A DNA stretch of 14,210 nucleotides from an uncultured Pseudomonadota bacterium (lineage in GTDB: Bacteria; SAR324; NAC60-12): assembly GCA_913020725.1 (NCBI GenBank), contig CAJWCD010000095.1, positions 1-14,210 of the forward strand. The letters run 5' to 3'. Below the pieces are notes generated by a model, which saw only the letters and a list, made by a program, of their open reading frames with translations, had not been told where the DNA came from and made no database searches. Made by a program: the position numbers and the translations under genes. Positions 8,184-14,210 of the stretch are shown here, piece by piece; within the stretch, counting starts at the first letter, position 1, and each line of letters begins with the position of its first letter.

Positions 8184-9653
8184 CTACTCCCCGGAATCGA
8201 AGTCGAAGGGTTCTCCGTCCGCGCGGTACTCGTTGAGCTTGTTGCGCAGGGTGCGGATGCTGATACCGAGCATCTGCGCGGCCTTGGTGCGGTTGCCCTT
8301 GGTTTCCCGGAGGGTTTCGAAGATGAGCTTCTTTTCGGCCTCCTTCATGGACATCCCCACCTCAATACCCAGTGCGGAAGCGTTGCTGGCAGACGGCAGG
8401 GCCGCAGGGGGGCCAGACGAAGAAACGTTGAGAGAAACGGCAGCGGCGAGGTCGGCGTTCAGTGAGCCTTGACCGGTTTGGGAATGCATGAGTAGGTTGT
8501 GGGGCATGATCTCCTTGCCGTTGCACAGCAGCAGGGCGCGTTCCACCACGTTCTCCAACTCCCGGACATTGCCGCGCCAGTTGTAGTGCATGAACATGTC
8601 CATCGCCTCCTGTGTGATCACCGGCTTTTCCCGCCCGTTGATGCGGGCGTGCTTGATGAGGAAATGATCAACAAGAAGATGAATGTCGCCCTTGCGGTCG
8701 CGCAACGGCGGTAACACCAGCGGGATGACGTTGAGGCGGAAATAGAGGTCTTCCCGGAACTTGCCGGACTCGATCATCTCCAGCATTACACGGTTGGTGG
8801 TGGCAATCACCCGGACATCAATGCTGATCGGACGCTCGCCCCCAATCTTGTCAATCTCGTACTCTTGCAGCACCCGCAACAGCTTCGCCTGAAGGGGAAG
8901 CGCCATCTCGCTGATTTCATCCAGCAGAATCGTTCCCGTGTGCGCCTGCTCGAATTTTCCCCGGTGATCGGTGTTCGCACCCGTGAACGCGCCTTTCTTG
9001 TAGCCGAACAACTCGCTCTCCAGCAGAGTCTCCGGGAGCGCGGCGCAGTTGATGGCGACAAAGGGCTTGCTGGCGCGGTCGGAGTTGAGGTGGATGAAGC
9101 GGGCGAGTAACTCCTTGCCGGTGCCGCTCTCGCTTTGGATGAGGACGGGAGCCTTTGCCTTTGAGATGTTGCGGGTGACTTCCAGCAGGTTGAGCATCTC
9201 CTGATTCTGGGTGATGATCTCCTTGTAGCTTTCGCTGCCCCCGGATTTCTTCGGAGCCGGAGCCGCTCCTTGCGTCATGGGTCCGGTGTGCTCTCGGAAG
9301 GTCAGCGCCCGCTCGACCACAAAGGTGAAGGTGTCGAAGTTGAAGGGCTTCATCACATAGTCGAACGCGCCGTGCTTCATCGCCTCCACGGCGGTTTCCA
9401 CGGTCGCATAGGCGGTGACCATGATCACCGCCTTCGACGAATCGAGTCGTTTGATGTCCTTGAGCAACTCCAGTCCGCTGCGCTTGGGCATGGTCATGTC
9501 GGTGATGACAAGCGAGTAGTCGTTTTTCTCGATCTTCTTCAGCGCGTCGTTGGCGTTGTGCGAAAGCTCCACGGGGTAGCCGCAGTGCTTCAGCGTCTCC
9601 GACATGGCGATGCGCATTTCGACTTCGTCATCAACGATCAGGATGGGATTCAT
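8184..9653 (-). CDS. Sigma54-dependent response regulator (REC, AAA+, Fis HTH), FleR/FlgR/FlbD-like, 489 aa
   Basis: ILIVDDE, ITDMTMP, ESGTGKE, ESELFG, GAFTGA, LLDEISE, FREDLYFRLNV, GNVRELEN, and C-terminal LGISIRTLRNKLNEY typical of flagellar enhancer-binding proteins. Confidence 0.92.
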   Translation of the reverse strand: MNPILIVDDEVEMRIAMSETLKHCGYPVELSHNANDALKKIEKNDYSLVITDMTMPKRSGLELLKDIKRLDSSKAVIMVTAYATVETAVEAMKHGAFDYVMKPFNFDTFTFVVERALTFREHTGPMTQGAAPAPKKSGGSESYKEIITQNQEMLNLLEVTRNISKAKAPVLIQSESGTGKELLARFIHLNSDRASKPFVAINCAALPETLLESELFGYKKGAFTGANTDHRGKFEQAHTGTILLDEISEMALPLQAKLLRVLQEYEIDKIGGERPISIDVRVIATTNRVMLEMIESGKFREDLYFRLNVIPLVLPPLRDRKGDIHLLVDHFLIKHARINGREKPVITQEAMDMFMHYNWRGNVRELENVVERALLLCNGKEIMPHNLLMHSQTGQGSLNADLAAAVSLNVSSSGPPAALPSASNASALGIEVGMSMKEAEKKLIFETLRETKGNRTKAAQMLGISIRTLRNKLNEYRADGEPFDFDSGE

Positions 9654-9696
9654 GGAGTTCTCTTTGGTCTCTGTAAGACGGTTGTTGTCGTCCGGG

Positions 9697-11010
9697 TCAT
9701 GAGTCGGAAACAGGCGCAGACTGCGGAATGCGCACGGTCACCCGGGTTCCGGAATCGGGTGTGCTGTCAATGGCGATCACCGCCCCGTGGGCTTCAAGAA
9801 TGTTCCGCACGATCGCCAGCCCCAGCCCAGCCCCCAATTCCTGTGTGGAAAAGAACGGCTCAAAGGCTTGCTCCAGCACTTCCTGAGCCATGCCTGAACC
9901 AGTGTCGGAGATCACGACTTCCACCACCGGAAGTGCCCGGTTCTGGGCTGCTTGACCAAACACAGCCAGAGATTCTGCGTCCGTGATCGTCCGTTCGCAG
10001 GAACTGAGGTGGAGGTCGCCCGACTCGACCATCGCTTGCACCGCGTTGAGCAGCAAGTTCCGGAAAACTTGGCGAAGCCGCTCTGCGGAACCACGCACGA
10101 TCGAGACTTGGGCGTGGAGGTCAGTATGGACCCGAATGTTATTGTACTCTACCAATTGTCTGAGAAATCTCAAACTCTCCTGCAAAATCTCCTGCAAATC
10201 AGCCGTCCCCGTAGGCAGCAGTGGTTGGGGTTGGGTGTACTCCAGAAAGTTCGAGACGGTTTGATTCATGCTCTGTGCCGCCGCCGAGAGATGCTGGAGC
10301 AGGGTTTGGGCACGTTCTGAAGGCATCTCCTGCTGCAACAGCGAGGTGAACAACTCGATGCTGCCGAGCGGATTGCGAATTTGATGGGCGACGTTTGCGG
10401 CCATCTCCCCCATCCCGGTCAGTCGGTTCTTGCGCTCGGCCTCGGCTTCAAGGTGTTTGAGTTCCGTGATGTCTTGGAGGTTGACGATCCATCCCAGTGT
10501 CTCATCGTTTGCCCCGCTCATGGGGGTGATCGAGAGGTTGAGGGTCAGCGGTGCTGTGCCTGCACGGAGGTGGTTCAACTCATGCTCCCGGACCTGACGT
10601 TGTGCTCCTTCGCCATCGTCCCAAGGCGCCACTTCCAGCGGCAGCACTTCACGAAACGGCGTTTGCAGGAGTTCCTTAACGGGCAGGCCGATCAGTCGGC
10701 TCGCCATGCGGTTGGCAGAGGTGATGAGGCCATCGAGATCAGTGACGAGGATACCAACCGCTGAACCTTCGAGGATGTTGGAGAGGTAATTCTGGGCGCG
10801 GTCCTTTTCGCGCAGGTTTTGCTCCAGTTCTTGATTTTTGTAGGCAATCTGCTCGTTGAGCGTCGCAACTTTTTCCTCGAACTGTTGGTAGTACGCTTGA
10901 AGCTGCTGTGCCGCTTCGCTGAAGCTCTCGAAGCCCTGTGCCAACGTTTCGGCAGAGAAGTCCGACCCGGCTTGCAGCAGGGAAGATTTTTGAGGTGACT
11001 GAAGGCCCAT
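9697..11010 (-). CDS. Cytoplasmic PAS sensor histidine kinase, FleS/FlgS-like
   Basis: N-terminal coiled coil FESFSEAAQQLQAYYQQFEEKV, PAS domain, H-box AHQIRNPLGSIELF, NLLLNAVQAM, DTGSGM and FEPFFS..GAGLGL; no transmembrane segment. Start is ATG 11010 or 11028, not 11229, which overlaps the ACBP gene. Confidence 0.88.
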   Translation of the reverse strand: MGLQSPQKSSLLQAGSDFSAETLAQGFESFSEAAQQLQAYYQQFEEKVATLNEQIAYKNQELEQNLREKDRAQNYLSNILEGSAVGILVTDLDGLITSANRMASRLIGLPVKELLQTPFREVLPLEVAPWDDGEGAQRQVREHELNHLRAGTAPLTLNLSITPMSGANDETLGWIVNLQDITELKHLEAEAERKNRLTGMGEMAANVAHQIRNPLGSIELFTSLLQQEMPSERAQTLLQHLSAAAQSMNQTVSNFLEYTQPQPLLPTGTADLQEILQESLRFLRQLVEYNNIRVHTDLHAQVSIVRGSAERLRQVFRNLLLNAVQAMVESGDLHLSSCERTITDAESLAVFGQAAQNRALPVVEVVISDTGSGMAQEVLEQAFEPFFSTQELGAGLGLAIVRNILEAHGAVIAIDSTPDSGTRVTVRIPQSAPVSDS

Positions 11011-11040
11011 TTCTGTATTTGATCGCATCCTTGTGTAACC

Positions 11041-11098
11041 TGCAAAACCAATGCATGAAACATGCACGGCCGCTGCTCCTTCCGAGGAAGTTTCCTCG
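11041..11098. promoter_or_regulatory. Two palindromes in the divergent kinase/ACBP promoter region
   Basis: TGCATG-AAA-CATGCA (11052-11066) and CGAGGAA-GT-TTCCTCG (11083-11098); TGCA recurs at 11041, 11052 and 11063. Confidence 0.4.
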
Positions 11099-11186
11099 AT
11101 CTGGAAGACAAGAATTGGTTTGAGGATTGAGTGGGCTTTGCTAAACTCTTGCTCTTCCGGTTCACACTCCACTCCAAGAGGTTCCA

Positions 11187-11453
11187 ATGGCCTTGGCAGA
11201 CGATTTTCAGAGCGCAGTTGAGCGGGCACCCAAGCTACCCAAACGTCCTCCCAGCGACATTCTCCTGCAGTTCTACGCGCTCTTCAAGCAGGCCTCGGTT
11301 GGTGACATGGAGGGGGACCGTCCAGGATTTGCCGATTTTGAGGGTCGTGCCAAGTACGATGCTTGGAGCAAGCTTCAGGGCAAGGCTCAGGAGGAGGCGA
11401 TGCAGGAGTACATCGCCCTCATTGAGCGGATCGAACAGGAGCAGAACACCTAA
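11187..11453 (+). CDS. Acyl-CoA-binding protein (ACBP), 88 aa
   Basis: LLQFYALFKQASVGD...RPGFADFEGRAKYDAW..LQG...EEAMQEYI is the canonical ACBP signature; AAGAGG ribosome-binding site upstream. Confidence 0.92.
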   Translation: MALADDFQSAVERAPKLPKRPPSDILLQFYALFKQASVGDMEGDRPGFADFEGRAKYDAWSKLQGKAQEEAMQEYIALIERIEQEQNT

Positions 11454-11457
11454 GCCT

Positions 11458-12897
11458 ATGATTCCAGACCTTCCGCTGAGTACTCTTGTCGAGCAAATCC
11501 GCTCTGGAACCTTTCAGGCTGAAGCGGTGATGGCAGCGGTGTACGAGCGCATCTCCGAACACGAACCCCAACTCAATGCCTACCGCAGCTTGCTCCCTCG
11601 AAAAACAGCCTTGGCACGAGCAGCGGGTATTGACCAGCGCATTGCAACGGGTGCAAGCGTGGGGCGGCTTGCAGGCATTCCGGTGTCCATCAAGGACTGC
11701 ATCTGTGTGGCGGACCCGGAACTGACGAACACCTGCGGCTCCCGGATTCTCGAGGGCTACCACTCTCCCTACCACGCCACTGCTGTGGAGCGTCTGCTCG
11801 CCGAGGACGCAATCATCATCGGCATCACGAACATGGATGAGTTTGCGATGGGATCCTCCACCGAGAACTCGGCCTACGGCGTGACGCGCAATCCGCACAA
11901 TCCGGAGCATGTGCCGGGCGGTAGCAGCGGCGGAGCGGCGGTTTCGGTTGCAACAGGCATGGCGCTGCTTGCCCTGGGAACCGACACCGGAGGCTCGGTG
12001 CGGCAGCCAGCATCCTTTTGCGGCGTCACGGGCATCAAGCCCACCTACGGCACCATCTCCCGCTATGGACTCATCGCCTACGGTTCCTCGCTTGACCAAA
12101 TCGGAGTGCTGGCCCGCACTGCCGAAGATTGCCGACTCGCCTGCGACATTCTTCAGGGGCATGATCCCAAGGACAGCACCTCGGCGACACAAACCCTTGT
12201 CGCAGTTCCGGAAACGGTGGAGCTTGCGGGCTTGCGGGTTTGCCTCCCGGAAGAGTACCTGAACGCAGAATCGCTTGATCCCGAAGTGCGGGAAAGCGTG
12301 CAGGAAATTGCCGAGTGCTTACGAGCGAGTGGCGCAACCGTGGAGCAACGCTCCCTGCCGTTTCTGGAATACGTCATTCCGACCTACTACATTCTTGCTT
12401 TTGCCGAAGCAAGCTCCAATCTGGGACGCTTTGACGGCATCCGCTACGGAGTCCGCAAGCAACGGGAAAACTCGCTGAAATCGCTCTACACTACGTCCCG
12501 TGAGAAGGGCTTTGGCACTGAGGTCAAGCGCCGCATCATGCTCGGCACCTTCGTGCTGAGTTCTGGCTACTACGACCAGTTCTACGGACGTGCCACACAG
12601 GTCCGGGAACTCATGCGCTCCCAAGTGCAGACGCTGTTTGACGAGTTTGACCTGATCCTCGGCCCCACTGCGCCCGTGCCGCCGTTCCGGTTTGGCGAGA
12701 AAACCGCAGATCCACTCACGATGTATCTCACGGATCTGTGCAGTGTGCTGGCGAACTTGACCTACACCCCCGCAATTTCGATTCCCGGAAAACCGACTGC
12801 CTCCGGACTCCCCGTCGGGGTGCAACTGATGGGGCGGCGCTTCGAGGATCAGCGGCTGCTGGCGATTGCCAGTCTGCTCCAAGGCCTCGACTCCTGA
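11458..12897 (+). CDS. gatA: Asp/Glu-tRNA amidotransferase subunit A, 479 aa
   Basis: IKD, NMDEFAMGSSTENS, PGGSSGG, GTDTGGSVRQPASFCG, SSNLGRFDGIRYG and EVKRRIMLGTFVLSSGYYD. Start moved to ATG 11458, 4 bp after the ACBP stop. Confidence 0.93.
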   Translation: MIPDLPLSTLVEQIRSGTFQAEAVMAAVYERISEHEPQLNAYRSLLPRKTALARAAGIDQRIATGASVGRLAGIPVSIKDCICVADPELTNTCGSRILEGYHSPYHATAVERLLAEDAIIIGITNMDEFAMGSSTENSAYGVTRNPHNPEHVPGGSSGGAAVSVATGMALLALGTDTGGSVRQPASFCGVTGIKPTYGTISRYGLIAYGSSLDQIGVLARTAEDCRLACDILQGHDPKDSTSATQTLVAVPETVELAGLRVCLPEEYLNAESLDPEVRESVQEIAECLRASGATVEQRSLPFLEYVIPTYYILAFAEASSNLGRFDGIRYGVRKQRENSLKSLYTTSREKGFGTEVKRRIMLGTFVLSSGYYDQFYGRATQVRELMRSQVQTLFDEFDLILGPTAPVPPFRFGEKTADPLTMYLTDLCSVLANLTYTPAISIPGKPTASGLPVGVQLMGRRFEDQRLLAIASLLQGLDS

Positions 12898-12910
12898 CCC
12901 CTTTGGCGCT

Positions 12911-12972
12911 TTAGCCAAGAACCCACAAGAATCCACAAGAACTTTGCCACTCTGGAACTCTGGAACTTTGGA
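12911..12972 (+). repeat. Two adjacent short imperfect tandem arrays (10-mer x3, 8-mer x4)
   Basis: TTAGCCAAGA ACCCACAAGA ATCCACAAGA (12911-12940), then ACTTTGCC ACTCTGGA ACTCTGGA ACTTTGGA (12941-12972). Confidence 0.8.
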
Positions 12973-12981
12973 GCTTAAAAA

Positions 12982-14210
12982 ATGATAGACCTCCGCCTCC
13001 TGCGCAACGACCCGGATCGTGTGGCTGAGAACTGCCGCAATCGCGGGCTGAACCTCGATATCTCACACCTGCTCAAATTGGATGAGCATGTCCGGGAAGC
13101 GCAAACTGAACTGGAACGCATTCGCCAACGCCGCAACCAAATCAGCGGGCAGATGAAGGGCAAACTGCCACAGGAAGAACGGCAACCACTCATCGAGGAA
13201 GCAAAGACGCTGCGGGGTGAGGAGCAGGGGCAGGAAGAACGCTTCCGGACTTTGGAGGCAGAGCGCAACGATCTGTTCGAACAAGTGCCGAACTTCACGC
13301 ATCCGGATGCCCCACTTGGAGCTTGCGATGAAGATAACCGGCCCTTCCGACAGGTGGGCGAACCCCGCAAGTTCGACTTTGAACCCAAGGATCATGTTGA
13401 GTTGATGGAAGCCCTCGATCTCATTGATTTTGAAGGTGGGGCGCGAGTCACCGGCCAGAAATTCTACTACCTCAAGAATCAGGCGGCGTTTCTGGAACTG
13501 GCACTCGCGCAGTACGCCCTGCGGTTGTTGCAAGAGGACGGTTTCACCATCTTCCTGACTCCAGACCTCGCCCGCAAGTCGGTGCTGCACGGCGTCGGTT
13601 TCAACCCACGCGGGGAGTCCACGCAAATCTACTCGGTGGAAAACACCGACCTCTCCTTGATTGCCACGGCGGAAATCACGCTCGGCGGCTTGCTTGCCGA
13701 TCAGATTCTTGCCGAAGAGGATTTGCCGCTACTTTACGCGGGTTTTTCGCACTGCTTCCGGACAGAAGCCGGAGCCGCCGGACGCGAATCGCGGGGGCTT
13801 TATCGTGTACACCAGTTCTCGAAAATTGAGATGTTCGCCTTCACGCATCCGGATGCTTCGGAGGCGATGCACGAACGCATGCGGGAACTCGAGGAGCGTA
13901 TCTACCAAGACCTTGGAATCCCGTATCAGGTGGTGAACATCTGCACAGGCGACCTCGGCGCCCCCGCTTTCCGGAAGTACGATCTGGAGGCGTGGATGCC
14001 CGGACGCAACAAGTGGGGCGAGATCACCTCCACCTCCAACTGCACCGACTATCAGGCGAGACGTCTCAACATCCGCTACAAGGATTCCGAGTCCGGCAAG
14101 AACCAGTTCGTCCACATGCTCAACGGCACGGCGGTCGCGGTTTCCCGCACCCTGATCGCGCTCATCGAGAACGGGCAGCAGGCCGACGGCTCGATCAAGC
14201 TGCCCAAGTG
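12982..14210 (+). CDS. serS: Seryl-tRNA synthetase, partial (runs off the window end)
   Basis: Manual translation: MIDLRLLRNDPDRV.., VPNFTHPDAP, FEPKDHVEL, LIATAEITL, CFRTEAGAAG..RGLYRVHQFSKIE, KYDLEAWMPG, EITSTSNCTDYQARRL, HMLNGTAVAVSR..ENGQQADGSI. GGAG ribosome-binding site at 12970-12973. Confidence 0.96.
   Translation, partial: MIDLRLLRNDPDRVAENCRNRGLNLDISHLLKLDEHVREAQTELERIRQRRNQISGQMKGKLPQEERQPLIEEAKTLRGEEQGQEERFRTLEAERNDLFEQVPNFTHPDAPLGACDEDNRPFRQVGEPRKFDFEPKDHVELMEALDLIDFEGGARVTGQKFYYLKNQAAFLELALAQYALRLLQEDGFTIFLTPDLARKSVLHGVGFNPRGESTQIYSVENTDLSLIATAEITLGGLLADQILAEEDLPLLYAGFSHCFRTEAGAAGRESRGLYRVHQFSKIEMFAFTHPDASEAMHERMRELEERIYQDLGIPYQVVNICTGDLGAPAFRKYDLEAWMPGRNKWGEITSTSNCTDYQARRLNIRYKDSESGKNQFVHMLNGTAVAVSRTLIALIENGQQADGSIKLPK

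Noticed and set aside
11041..11056. Sigma54 promoter for the kinase operon
   Set aside because: Lacks the invariant GG at -24 (reads ATGCAT-N5-TTGCA).
11029..11229. Extended N-terminus of the sensor kinase (510 aa)
   Set aside because: Crosses the divergent promoter and the ACBP start; FleS-like similarity begins after Met 11010.
11131..11457. 109-aa N-terminal extension of GatA, or an ACBP-GatA fusion
   Set aside because: The extension is an open alternate frame over ACBP. ACBP has its own ribosome-binding site and stop in a different frame, and no slippery site was seen.
12975..14115. Several short ORFs in the track at the right end
   Set aside because: All are shadows or alternate frames of serS, which the track missed because it has no stop within the window.

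Overview
GC-rich bacterial chromosome segment. Gene content and protein style suggest a deltaproteobacteria-like lineage such as SAR324 (inference only). The left 2.4 kb is a decaying accessory patch. It holds the left end of an IS30-family element running off the window, an intact aldose 1-epimerase, a DHDPS-family pseudogene with four frameshifts, a short IS-like scar, a broken membrane-protein gene and a REP-like hairpin. The rest is mostly core genes: korB/korA 2-oxoacid:ferredoxin oxidoreductase, a second internally deleted IS30 relic, YqgE/AlgH, an unusual DciA/DUF721-like protein, rsgA, a FleS/FleR-like sigma54 two-component pair, an acyl-CoA-binding protein, gatA and serS (runs off the right end and is absent from the ORF track). 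No rRNA, tRNA or CRISPR array was seen. The three most notable observations are: a DciA-like protein with an apparent tandem domain and inserted helical module, an ACBP gene in the slot where gatC usually precedes gatA, and two IS30 ends that reveal a 9-bp microhomology deletion. I found no clearly new multi-gene system.
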